From Leptogorgia sarmentosa (Eukaryota): a stretch of DNA of 64,000 nt. Position 1 is the stretch's first letter, and each line of letters begins with the position of its first letter. The stretch spans positions 18,600,001 through 18,664,000 of the forward strand of contig OZ210885.1 in the NCBI GenBank assembly GCA_964658305.1, written 5' to 3'. The position numbers and the translations under genes were made by a program. Positions 1 to 12,292 of the stretch are shown piece after piece. The notes below the pieces were generated by a model. That model did no database searches. It had not been told where the DNA came from and saw only the letters and a program-made list of their open reading frames with translations.

Positions 1-157
1 TTTCATGGTGTCTGTGCTCAATATACCGAAAGAGTACTGACAGTTTCCGTGTTTTTTGCATTTTAAAGCGAGCGGCCATTTTGTATTTTTGTGACTTTGT
101 GGTTATATTTTGTCTTGATTGGTCATGTGCTTCAATGTGTTTTAAAACAATTAAATT

Positions 158-243
158 TATATTGATCGTAAGCATTATGGGCTGATACACAAGCATGTTT
201 TAACATGCTTGTGTATCAGCCCATAATGCTTGCGATCAATATA
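158..243. repeat. Near-perfect 86-bp palindrome (42-bp arms, 2-nt loop)
   Basis: 158-199 is the reverse complement of 202-243 with a single mismatch. Confidence 0.95.
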
Positions 244-298
244 CAGCGTTAATACACCGAGGATTTGCATTTTCGCATAATTGTCTCATTTAATTTAA

Positions 299-469
299 AG
301 CTGGTTCTCACTGAACATAAGCAAAAGGGCAAGCATAAGCATAACATAAACAAATGAAGACCTTGCGTTCTTTCTTGTGCTTATGTTGGTTTATTTCTTC
401 GGTTTGGCAAATGAGGTATGCGTATGCTTTTGCTTGCGCTAATGCTTATATGTTCAGTGAGAACCAACT
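299..469. mobile_element. Short MITE, PIF/Harbinger-like
   Basis: TIRs AGCTGGTTCTCACTGAACATA / TATGTTCAGTGAGAACCAACT; TAA on the left flank, right TSD degraded. Confidence 0.65.
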
Positions 470-547
470 TTTAACCTCGCTGGTTTTTCCCCGAATTATG
501 CTAAGTCAAGTGTTTTTGGAACTCGATCTAATTGTTTTTGGCTTTCT

Positions 548-1862
548 AATACCGAAAAGTGGTATACTCGACCTGTTTCAATAAACTCAACCTTCGTGTA
601 GCGTGCAGGTGTCAAAATGAATCTGTGCCTGCAGCTTATAAAATTTACCAACAAATATACAATTTAATAGTTAGAAGGTCGACAATACCGAAAAGTGGTA
701 TACTCGACCGGTTTCAATAAACTCGACTTCAGGTGTCAAAATGCTGTACATGCACGTTAGTAATTTTAACTGCCAGTTATTGTCCTACCTTGCCAAAAAA
801 ATCTCTACCCAACAGCTTATAAAATTTAGCAACAAATATGCAATTCAACAGATAGAAGGTCGACAATACCGAAAAGTGGTATACTCGACCGGCTGCAATA
901 AACTCGACCGGCTGCAATAAACTTGACCTTCAGGTGTCAAAATATTGTACATGCACGTTAGTAATTTACTGTCAGTTATTGTCCTACCTTTCACAGAAAA
1001 TCTGTACCCAACAGCTTATAAAATTTACCAACAAATATATAATTCAACAGATAGAAGGTCGACAATACCGGAAAGTGGTATACTCGACCGCATTCAATAA
1101 ACTCGATTTTAATGCAGTTGTCAAAATGAATCTGTGCATGCAGCTTATATATAAAATTTACCAACAAATATACAATTCAATAGTTGGAAGGTCGACAATA
1201 CCGAAAAGTGGTATACTCGACCACCTTCAATAAACTCGACCTTCATGCAGTTGTCAAAATGAATCTGTGCATGCAGCTTAAAAAATTTCCCAACAAATAT
1301 ACAATTCAACAGATAGAAGGTCGACAATACCGAAAAGTGGTATACTCGACCGCCTTCAATAAACTCGACCTTCATGCATGCAGTTGTCAAAATAAATCTG
1401 TGCATGCAGCTCATAAAATTTACCAACAAATATACAATTCAATAGTTGGAAGGTCGACAATACCGAAAAGTGGCATACTCGACCGCCTTCAATAAACTCG
1501 ACCTTCATGCAGTTGTCAAAATGAATCTGTGCATGCAGCTCATAAAATTCACCAACCAATATACAATTCAATAGTTAGAAGGACCGAAAAGTGGTATACT
1601 CGACCGGTTGCAATAAACTCGACTTTCAGGTGTCAAATGGTGCACCAACATATATACAATTCAATAATTGGAATTATAGGTTGACAATACCAAAAATTGT
1701 TGGTAAAATTTATAACTAAAGCTGTTGGGTAGAGATTTTTTGTTAAAGGTAGGACAATAACTGGCAGTAAATTACTAACGTGCATGTACAACATTTTGAC
1801 ACTTGAGGATCGAGTTTATTTGTCTAGCCGGTCGAGTATACCACTTTTCGGTATTGTCGACT
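548..1862. repeat. Satellite-like tandem array (~130-bp and ~180-200-bp units) ending in one inverted unit
   Basis: Core CCGAAAAGTGGTATACTCGACC at 552, 688, 869, 1068, 1201, 1330, 1463 and 1584; reverse-complement unit at ~1695-1862. Confidence 0.92.
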
Positions 1863-1912
1863 TGAAATTGCAATTTGCAATGCTGTATATTTTATAAAGG
1901 TGTAATAATAAA

Positions 1913-2619
1913 CATAGGCGTACGAGTGAAGGAAAATTTGGGCAAGTGTTTGTAGGTTGGCCTATTTTTGTTACTGTATGAAATTTATTTATTGACAATA
2001 ACCATACGTTGATTCTCCTCTCTTTGGTTTACGTTCAGCTTTAGACTCTGAAATGGCTATTTCCGGCGATCTAGAGACCCTAATGTTCAAAATTTTCTTG
2101 TGGGGTGAGGTTCGCCGCCCCCAAATGTTGGAAATGTTCCTATGTTCCCGTGTCACTGTTTTATGAATTAAACCCAAAGTTCTCGCAACATGCAAGAATC
2201 ACTTATTTGAAATGCTTCCAGAGTTTGCTCAACTAATGATAAAGTCATACCAGCCGCAGCCTGCAGAACTTTCATTCAGTGCCCTTCGCCGACCGAAAAC
2301 ATGCATACCTCCACAATACGATGAGTCAAACGCCGGTGAAGAACATCGCATATGCAAACACTGTCATGAATGATGCGATTGAGCGCATTATTGGCATATT
2401 TGGCAGCAGAAAGAGTAGAAACAGTTTCTTTTTTTGAAGCGCACATCTTAATAGCGCGATATATGTTAATCGCGAACGAACGCAATAATTATATATTATA
2501 GAACAGTGGAATTCGTATTTAGTTACTTGTTTAAATACATAATAATTTTTGGGCAATGTGGAATTTTTTGGGCAAATAGGCTCCCGCCGCCGAGAATTTA
2601 CCGGTCCCGTACGCCCATG
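1913..2619. mobile_element. Non-autonomous hAT-type MITE; a second copy lacking the left TIR lies at 4378-5054
   Basis: TIRs CATAGGCGTACG / CGTACGCCCATG; 8-bp TSD ATAATAAA (1905-1912) / ACAATAAA (2620-2627). Confidence 0.8.
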
Positions 2620-5600
2620 ACAATAAATCGGATACAGTAAAGTAATAGCTTGTAAGGTAATAACATTTTGACAATTAAACTCCCCGTTACCGTCCACAGA
2701 GACAGTGTGGCAGTGAGAATGAATAAAAAAATCAACTGAATTTATATAATAACATATGCCCCAATAATTTGATTTTGACAACTCCCCCCCCCCCTCCCGT
2801 CATCTCTGGGGTACCTGTGCCCAGGCGAGTATAGGTTTCGGCTCGAATTTTTTTTGGATAGTAGATCGATAGCCACAAAATAGAATATTAATGAGCTACC
2901 TATTTTTACCAATTCTTACCCAAATTATCCATAAATAACCCTGTGTTTTGAGGAAAATTTGGAAATTTTACCAAAATTTACATGGAAACAGCAACATTCG
3001 CAAATGCAAATAATCGCAACTTCTTGGCACAGAGTGTTTGTTGCTGTTTTATATTTTGGGAAGAAATCGATCTTTTCAACGATGTTTACGGTAAGTGAAT
3101 GTGATTTAATTTCAAATACGCTCACCTCGCATGACTCTGCACCTATTCGTGGTAGACCTACACTAAAAGATGCTGAGCGATTTCGAACCGGGTCGATTAT
3201 CCATGAATGGAAAAATACCTTCGGGTACGAAAAAACTTGCCAAAAATACTGCCAACAATTGCCAAAATACTGCCAACAATTGCCAAAACTTGCCATCAAT
3301 TGCCAAAAATATTATACAAAAAGTGAACAAAAATGAAAAATGTGATAAAAGTACTAGTGAAATGACAAATATTAATACACAGACAAATTTACAACAAACA
3401 AACGTAAACTCAAAGTCAAGCTGCTGTACTGTCGACGAGCACATGGTCAACAAATATTTACCGATAATGTTGAGCAAAGATGATGTGAAAAACAAGAATG
3501 TGTCCATACATCGATGTATGTCAGGTACAAATATATCTAACTGTGTTTCTAAATTTGACCAAAATAAAATAAGTCCATCAAAGCCCAAGGCTAAGCGTAT
3601 AAGGAAACTCCCTGTGCGATCACGACATGAATTATTTTATAACGTCTGCACACAAAAAAGCATGTTACTGAAATTACTGCCACTAGTTGCCATGATTTAC
3701 GTCACCGTGACCGTGAACCCAGTAGAATACAAGTGAAATGGTTAACTAGGAAGTTTGGAAAAAGTCGATTGTTGAGAAAACGCCTCAGACGTATGATCAA
3801 AAGGTCTGTACCCAGATATATTCTATTCATCCGGTTCGACTCATGATTTATATGCACAAGTGTACAAAAATGTCAATCACTTAAAGAATGTCTATCAGTC
3901 AGCATTATGTACAGATATCGAGACAAATCCTGGACCTGTATTCTATATTGATCCCAGCAAGACAATCATTGCACCATATAGCCAAGGTAATCAGATTATA
4001 TTTGGAGAAACAGCAGGACAGCAGTGTTTAGCAATGTGTTTATGTGCCCTTATATACAACAAAAGGCAGAGCATTTTATCACCACAAGACCTGATTAATG
4101 TAATCAATATTGGTAATGAACTGTATTCAAACTTGTCATGTTTAGCACGACAGTTGTTTTTATTGCTTATAGAATTGCCTTCACAACTTACAGTATTTGA
4201 CACAGATTTCGTTATAGAGTACAGTGAGAGCTATAGCGGTAACATAATAGGAGACTGTTTGATTGAAGGGTATCAGTACTGTGTTCCATTTCACAGATCA
4301 TTTGAAATGCTCCTGGCTGAACACTATTGTGCATTCATTTTAACAATTGACTCCAATGCTGTTTGCATACTCTAAGTCAAGTGTTTGTAGGTTGGCCTAT
4401 TTTTGTTACTGTATGAAATTTATTTATCGACAATAACCATACGTTGATTCTCCTCTCTTTGGTTTACGTTCAGCTTTAGACTCTGAAATGGCTATTTCCG
4501 GCGATCTAGAGACCCTAATGTTCAAAATTTTCTTGTGGGGTGAGGTTCGCCGCCCCCAAATGTTGGAAATGTTCCTATGTTCCCGTGTCACTGTTTTATG
4601 AATTAAACCCAAAGTTCTCGCAACATGCAAGAATCACTTATTTGAAATGCTTCCAGAGTTTGCTCAACTAATGATAAAGTCATACCAGCCGCAGCCTGCA
4701 GAACTTTCATTCAGTGCCCTTCGCCGACCGAAAACATGCATACCTCCACAATACGATGAGTCAAACGCCGGTGAAGAACATCGCATATGCAAACACTGTC
4801 ATGAATGATGCGATTGAGCGCATTATTGGCATATTTGGCAGCAGAAAGAGTAGAAACAGTTTCTTTTTTTGAAGCGCACATCTTAATAGCGCGATATATG
4901 TTAATCGCGAACGAACGCAATAATTATATATTATAGAACAGCGGAATTCGTATTTAGTTACTTGTTTAAATACATAATAATTTTTGGGCAATGTGGAATT
5001 TTTTGGGCAAATAGGCTCCCGCCGCCGAGAATTTACCGGTCCCGTACGCCCATGACAATAAATCGGATACAGTAAAGTAATAGCTTGTAAGGTAATAACA
5101 TTTTGACAATTAAACTCCCCGTTACCGTCCACAGAGACAGTGTGGCAGTGAGAATGAATAAAAAAATCAACTGAATTTATATAATAACATATGCCCCAAT
5201 AATTTGATTTTGACAACTCCCCCCCCCCCTCCCGTCATCTCTGGGGTACCTGTGCCCAGGCGAGTATAGGTTTCGGCTCGAATTTTTTTTGGATAGTAGA
5301 TCGATAGCCACAAAATAGAATATTAATGAGCTACCTATTTTTACCAATTCTTACCCAAATTATCCATAAATAACCCTGTGTTTTGAGGAAAATTTGGAAA
5401 TTTTACCAAAATTTACATGGAAACAGCAACATTCGCAAATGCAAATAATCGCAACTTCTTGGCACAGAGTGTTTGTTGCTGTTTTATATTTTGGGAAGAA
5501 ATCGATCTTTTCAACGATGTTTACGGTAAGTGAATGTGATTTAATTTCAAATACGCTCACCTCGCATGACTCTGCACCTATTCGTGGTAGACCTACACTA

Positions 5601-6804
5601 AAAGATGCTGAGCGATTTCGAACCGGGTCGATTATCCATGAATGGAAAAATACCTTCGGGTACGAAAAAACTTGCCAAAAATACTGCCAACAATTGCCAA
5701 AATACTGCCAACAATTGCCAAAACTTGCCATCAATTGCCAAAAATATTATACAAAAAGTGAACAAAAATGAAAAATGTGATAAAAGTACTAGTGAAATGA
5801 CAAATATTAATACACAGACAAATTTACAACAAACAAACGTAAACTCAAAGTCAAGCTGCTGTACTGTCGACGAGCACATGGTCAACAAATATTTACCGAT
5901 AATGTTGAGCAAAGATGATGTGAAAAACAAGAATGTGTCCATACATCGATGTATGTCAGGTACAAATATATCTAACTGTGTTTCTAAATTTGACCAAAAT
6001 AAAATAAGTCCATCAAAGCCCAAGGCTAAGCGTATAAGGAAACTCCCTGTGCGATCACGACATGAATTATTTTATAACGTCTGCACACAAAAAAGCATGT
6101 TACTGAAATTACTGCCACTAGTTGCCATGATTTACGTCACCGTGACCGTGAACCCAGTAGAATACAAGTGAAATGGTTAACTAGGAAGTTTGGAAAAAGT
6201 CGATTGTTGAGAAAACGCCTCAGACGTATGATCAAAAGGTCTGTACCCAGATATATTCTATTCATCCGGTTCGACTCATGATTTATATGCACAAGTGTAC
6301 AAAAATGTCAATCACTTAAAGAATGTCTATCAGTCAGCATTATGTACAGATATCGAGACAAATCCTGGACCTGTATTCTATATTGATCCCAGCAAGACAA
6401 TCATTGCACCATATAGCCAAGGTAATCAGATTATATTTGGAGAAACAGCAGGACAGCAGTGTTTAGCAATGTGTTTATGTGCCCTTATATACAACAAAAG
6501 GCAGAGCATTTTATCACCACAAGACCTGATTAATGTAATCAATATTGGTAATGAACTGTATTCAAACTTGTCATGTTTAGCACGACAGTTGTTTTTATTG
6601 CTTATAGAATTGCCTTCACAACTTACAGTATTTGACACAGATTTCGTTATAGAGTACAGTGAGAGCTATAGCGGTAACATAATAGGAGACTGTTTGATTG
6701 AAGGGTATCAGTACTGTGTTCCATTTCACAGATCATTTGAAATGCTCCTGGCTGAACACTATTGTGCATTCATTTTAACAATTGACTCCAATGCTGTTTG
6801 CATA
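1943..6804 (+). repeat. Tandem duplication, period 2435 bp (1943-4369 and 4378-6804)
   Basis: ORF sets are identical at +2435 offset; only two substitutions noticed; 8-bp filler CTCTAAGT at 4370-4377. Confidence 0.97.
3860..4375 (+). pseudogene. Truncated duplicate of the Helentron A N-terminus (2A-like motif plus partial VTD domain)
   Basis: Matches the first 170 aa of ORF 6295..8100, then is cut at the duplication junction before the FDSH motif. Confidence 0.9.
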
Positions 6805-8495
6805 TTTTCCACCAATGATGGCAAATATAAAATTTTTGACTCTCATTCAAGAGATATTTATGGCAGAAGTCATCCGAAAGGTGCATGTGTGCTGTTAGAA
6901 GCAACAAATATCAACAATGTAATTCTGTTTTTCCAGTCTTTGTACAGTGTAAACATTCAATATGAGCTAACAGGAATAAATATTGAGGAAGTACGAGCCA
7001 ATGGTGACCAGAACTTAAACAACTGTATTAGAAATTCTGATCTATCAGGTAATAGCTCAGAAGAATCGAAAAGTACTGACGTTTTTCAGTTGTGTAGACA
7101 ATGTTGTGCAATTTCATTATATTCTATTTGTTATTCTGTTATTAAACCTTGTAATCACTGGGATTCAAGTACAGTATCTGCAGTTGTTTACTTTGGCACC
7201 AAGTTGTACAACAACACTGGAATAAATGCATCTAGTGATATAACTCAAAAAGTTAGAATATGTGGAACTGAAGTACATGTAAAATTGCACGCTAACATTC
7301 AAGGTGTAGTTGTTAACAACAAGGCAAAAAGCAAATCATACATTGAAAGTCTTATTTGTGATACTAATAAAAACACAGGGTTTTTAATGTGGATTGGAGA
7401 TTATTGTATTTCTTGCATTTTTCAACAGACATCAATTAAGAACGAATCATTCTCAATATTAGCATATGATGATGATGATAGCTCACCTACATGTACTGCA
7501 CATTACATTAAAAACATAAAAGACAAGCACACTTTAGTTGATACTATCTTTAACCTAGCAGACACCAAAATGAAGGATGAAATTCAATTTTTGGCTTGTT
7601 CTTCTGAATTAACTAATTGTGAAAGAAAAACGATTATGAGAAACCACAGACAAAACAATATAAATGACTTCATTGAACCAGCTCTAAAGAAACAGAAACT
7701 AGATACAAGGCAGATGAAATACAAAACGATGGCGAAGGAGAAAAAACAAAAACTGCTTGCTAAAAATATGAATTATAAAGAAACAATGAGTAAAGAACAA
7801 AAGCAAAAAGTACTGGAGAATAAAAGAGCTAAATATGAAGCAATGGAACAATCAAAGAAAGAGGAACTGCTTTCTAAAAATATGAATTATAAGGAAACAA
7901 TAAGGAAAGAACAAAAACGAAAACTATTAGAGGACACGAGAGTCAAATATCAAGAAATCGATATATCAAAGAAAAAGCAGTTGAAAGAAAAATGGATGGA
8001 AAAGAAATCTCAATTTCATGACATTGAAAAATTTAAAAAACAAATTAAATCTGGCCCATTTTACATATGCTGTGTGTGTAACCGAACACTATATATATAA
8101 AAAGTCAGTAGTAATCCTACAGAAAAATAAATATCCTCGCCAGGATTGTTTTATGCTTCAATGTTCTTTTGATGGCAAAAACTACATCTGCAGAACATGC
8201 CATGCTAAATTACTTAAAGGTCAACAGCCTTGTCAAGCTGTGGTAAACAATTTATTTGTTGATGAAACCCCCACTGAACTTGCTGCATTAGAGAAACTCG
8301 AGCAAATTCTTATTGCACAGAGAATAGTCTTTGAAAAAATTGTGATAATGCCGAAAGGATAACAAAGAAAAATTAAAGGTGCAATATGTAATGTACCAGT
8401 CGAATGTAGTCAAACATGCAATGTTCTTCCCAGACCACCTGACAGATCTGGGATAATTTTACTTAAATTAAAAAGGAAACTTCAATTTAGAGGCC
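6295..8495 (+). pseudogene. Helentron A N-terminal region: 2A-like motif, two herpes-tegument-type (peptidase C76/VTD) DUB domains, K/E-rich repeat, CxxC pre-Rep (DUF6570-like) region
   Basis: DIETNPGP at 6349-6372; YSQG..FGETAGQQC (Cys 6460) and FDSH (6835-6846); second QCC..W..G..LY from 7099; GPFYICCVC, YICRTC and NVLPRPP align with Helentron B; frameshift near 8095 and stop at 8360. Confidence 0.82.
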
Positions 8496-8774
8496 AGGGT
8501 GCATTCCATGTGTAGTGCACGCAGAAGTTCCGCCGTTGGCAAATTAGCACACACCGCTAGAGTCAATTAATCTATTTTTGCCAGAAAACTACGCCAACAT
8601 GGCGAACCTTTCTGCATTTTTACTTGTAGATAGCCTGCTCGCTCGTGCGACACGCGCGAGTGGTTTTAGACACAATAAAACACGAGTCGCGCTGAACTAA
8701 ACATTTTAGCCCCTGCAGGCGTGCTGCAGTGTACAGTAATTTACAAATGTTAAATAGTAATTTTAGCCTATATA

Positions 8775-9585
8775 CAGGGTGTATAAAAAAAAACGCAATC
8801 CTACGTTCAAATGCAATTTTCATAACGAAAAGTATTAGAAAATAGGCTATATTTACCACCGTTAGAAAGCTCTATCATTCCGCTTTCTTAAGACTGCTTG
8901 TTTGTTAAATTTGAGTTGGAAATGAGCGAATAATGATATTTTTAGTAAGTGTGATTGGACAATTTAAAATTTGAGATAGCTTGAATTTATTAAAAATTTA
9001 ACTTTAGTTGGTTACAATCATTCAACGTGGCCTGGCTTTCTCACCACACACAATCACTGCGACGTTGCATTTCCCGTGCAACTCTTCTTATTAGTTCATG
9101 ATTTCCATGTAAAGCATCTGCTTCAAGCTGTATCTGCCGGTATTTAAGTACGTTACGCCAAACGGTCGTCGAATTTGGGACTTGTCGATCCGGGAAAGCT
9201 ATTCGAAACAATCGTAAAACTTCCTGAATACTTTTTGTTACAAAGTAACCTTCAACAATAAAAGTTATTTCTGCTGTAGTGAGCTGTGGCATGATGCCTA
9301 AGACTTTAAAATTATTTCGCAAAAATATTTCAAACAAAATATTCGCATGCAACGATAACGTCCCCTTCGGAATTAAGAACGTCGAATTCGAAGCATCTAA
9401 AAATGACTGCTTGCAGTAAAACACTTATTTTGAAGTCCTAAATGGCCTAAAAAGTCACAATCGACCACTTATTGAGTAGAAAAAAGATAGGGCTAAAACA
9501 TGAACTAAAAGTTAAGACATGGAAATCTATATTATTTTGGTTATAAAGCCTTAAACTTGGATTGCGTTTTTTTTGATACACCCTG
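8775..9585 (-). mobile_element. Internally deleted Tc1/mariner element (DUF4817-like HTH remnant)
   Basis: TA|CAGGGTGTAT...ATACACCCTG|TA; remnant ORF MPQLTTAEITFIVEGYF...; inverted second copy at 53528-54337. Confidence 0.9.
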
Positions 9586-10098
9586 TATACCAAATGCGAA
9601 AAATAAAACTGATGATCAGAGTAGGAAAATAGATCAGCACTAACAAGAACTATGCTAAAATCAACTTGAATGTTGGTGATGAAGTGGAATTCATGCATCT
9701 CAATTTCTTGCAATCTATTATTGAACTTTAACTTGCTAAATCAATGCTAGCATTAGCAAATATGTACTTATTCAGTGTCAGCCAAAAAGGGACAACGTCC
9801 ACTGTCAGCATGATGACGATCTACCACTTTTGATACAAAGTATTCTTTAGCTCTACCCGAAAAAAACATGTTTTTCTTGTGGGCTTTAATCACATAATAA
9901 TAATAATAATAATAATAATAAGTAGCTTTAATCATACTCGCATAAGTTTACGAAGTCACTAAACTACATAACAAAAAAAAAAACAAAAACAAACTTACAA
10001 TATACAACTTCAGTGGCAAGTATGATAAGGGATAAGCCAACAGACTCGAGGTCTCAACTAAGCAGATCCCATTTTAACATATTGGACAGCTGGACTAA

Positions 10099-10327
10099 AG
10101 GCTGCATTCCAGTTACGCGTTTCTAGAAGCAGGGGAATGCACGTAAACGTCTAAAGTCTAAATCCTCTATTTCATTTATTTATAAAATACCTTTAGAACA
10201 GATACCAAAACACTCAAAGTACGAAATGCTTTGCATTTCTTAGTGATTGTACCAAAGCAAACGTTAAAATCGATTTCGACTTTGCCGCGTGCACGTACAC
10301 ATGAAACGCGCAACTGGAAAACAACCT
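10099..10327. mobile_element. PIF/Harbinger-type MITE in the LINE 3' UTR
   Basis: TAA|AGGCTGCATTCCAGTTACGCGTTTC ... GAAACGCGCAACTGGAAAACAACCT|TAA. Confidence 0.8.
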
Positions 10328-10599
10328 TAACAAAGTTACGCCTACAAATACTGGAATTACAAAGCATGCATGAACAGGTACTACACTAAATTAAGCGTTA
10401 ATTAGATAATGCGCCTATATCACTCCAAAATGACCTCATCTGATTTAAATACGAAAATACTAGCTAATTTGGATCTTGTTTGGACGTGCAGGATTATTAA
10501 AAATAAAGTGACCTTGAAAAATTTTAATTTTCCTTATTTGTTTATTCTAATTAGGACCTTTCTTGGAGTAATATACCTCTCGTTATCTGCAAAATAGTT

Positions 10600-11850
10600 T
10601 TAACAGCAAGAAGGTCTGTTGACAGACCTACAATAAGGACATATTGACTTCCAAGTGTTAAGTCTGTCCGTGTCGAAGGTATTATGAAGCTTATTAAAGT
10701 AGTGTTTGTAGAGACTAGTTTTAAACGAATTGAAAGTGGGAGATTTACAAATCTGAAGTGGTAAACTGTTCCAGAGTTGAACTATACGGTTAAAGAAGGA
10801 GTCTCTAAATAGAGAAGTACGATAGCGGTGAACTGGATATAAGTTTACATTATCACTTGAATTTCTGGTTTTGCCGCTAGAAATTTGAATGTATTTATCG
10901 AACTGTACATTTAATAAGCCATTTATACATTTGAATGCGAAGCACAGATCACGACACTCTAGCCAGTATGAAATGGGAAGCAGATTCAGGGCTATTAAAC
11001 ATGACTTGTAGTTGGGTCGGATGTTTGGATCTTTACTGCAGTTCAGAATAAAACGAGTTGCACGCCTCTGCACACTTTCCAGTTGTTTCAGATCAGTGAT
11101 ACATGACTGAGGAGCCCAAACTTCACTAGCATAACTCAGGTGGGAACGAACCAACGATAAATATAAAAGTTTTCTGTGAGCTGGACCAATGTAAGAATTA
11201 CTAAAGTGACGGTGGAGGAAACCAAGAGTTCTGTTCGCCTTAGCCACAATTGATGAAATTTGAAGATTCCATGTAAGCTTACTATTAACCAAAACACCCA
11301 GATCTTTTGACAAGGGAACCAGAGCAATTGGATGATTGTTGATGGTGTAAGGGGAATCTGTTGGTGAATCTAACAAACTACGTCTTTTCCTTGATATCCG
11401 CATAATCTCGCATTTGTTGCTGTTGAAGGAAAGCCCCCACTCGTTGGACCAATTGGTTAACAAGTTCAGATCGTGTTGAAGAGCAGTACAATCGTCCGGG
11501 TTACGAACTACTTTGGAGCATTTGGCATCGTCAGCAAAAAGGGCGATCTTAGTTGCTGTGCTGAGGACGCTGGGAAGGTCGTTGACGTACAAAAGGAAGA
11601 GGAAAGGACCCAATATACTACCTTGCGGAACGCCGGATGTTACAGGTACCCATGAAGAAAACGTCCCGTCAATAACGACTCGCTGAGATCTTGCGTGGAG
11701 ATAGTCAGTAAACCATGCGTGCAATGGACCTTGGATCCCAAAGAGTGATAGTTTGTGTAAAAGTTTCCCATGAGGTACCGAGTCAAAGGCTTTGCTAAAA
11801 TCCAGATAAATAACGTCTATTTCATCTCCAGCATCCAATGAGGTACCCAA
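10600..11850 (-). CDS. Non-LTR reverse transcriptase (partial)
   Basis: YLDFSKAFDSV, GVPQGSILGP, FADD, KDLGV, LESVQRRATR motifs. Confidence 0.93.
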   Translation of the reverse strand: MGTSLDAGDEIDVIYLDFSKAFDSVPHGKLLHKLSLFGIQGPLHAWFTDYLHARSQRVVIDGTFSSWVPVTSGVPQGSILGPFLFLLYVNDLPSVLSTATKIALFADDAKCSKVVRNPDDCTALQHDLNLLTNWSNEWGLSFNSNKCEIMRISRKRRSLLDSPTDSPYTINNHPIALVPLSKDLGVLVNSKLTWNLQISSIVAKANRTLGFLHRHFSNSYIGPAHRKLLYLSLVRSHLSYASEVWAPQSCITDLKQLESVQRRATRFILNCSKDPNIRPNYKSCLIALNLLPISYWLECRDLCFAFKCINGLLNVQFDKYIQISSGKTRNSSDNVNLYPVHRYRTSLFRDSFFNRIVQLWNSLPLQICKSPTFNSFKTSLYKHYFNKLHNTFDTDRLNTWKSICPYCRSVNRPSCC

Positions 11851-12292
11851 GTCATGGAGAACTGTAAGAAGCTGTGTAACACAAGACCTGCCTCGAACAA
11901 AGCCGTGCTGTACTGATGATATGAGATGGATAAGCTCGGGTAGAATCCTTCTAAGTATACAACGTTCGCATAATTTAGTAACGATAGATAGAAGAGATAT
12001 TTGATGATAGTTTGGAACCAGAATTTTACTCCCTTTTTTGAATACTGGTGTTATATTTGCTTCTTTCCATTCGCTGGGAAGTTTGCCCAGACGTAACGAC
12101 TTGTTGAATATTAGACACAGTGAATTAGCCAGTTCGTTCGCGCATTCCTTAAGAATTTTAGGATGTAGTCCGTCAGGTCCTGGTGTTTTACTTGGATTGA
12201 CACTTTGTAAAGCAGATAATACTTATTCCATAGAGAGCTCTAGGGTTGATATTATATCGCAGGTAAAGGGAGATAGAGAGCGACTGCTTCCT

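Larger units (their letters stand above)
9895..12292 (-). mobile_element. 5'-truncated LINE (CR1/L2/Jockey group) inserted in the hAT-like transposase
   Basis: RT frame open from ~12222 to 10600; (ATT)n 3' tail at 9895-9920; hAT coding sequence on both flanks. Confidence 0.9.

Noticed and set aside
548..1690. CRISPR-like regularly spaced conserved motif
   Set aside because: The intervening sequences are themselves repeated, there are no unique spacers or cas genes, and the context is eukaryotic; it is a satellite. The ORFs here are repeat artefacts.
6295..8100. Endogenous herpesvirus or picorna-like virus
   Set aside because: No capsid, polymerase or other viral genes; the ORF runs into Helentron pre-Rep sequence.
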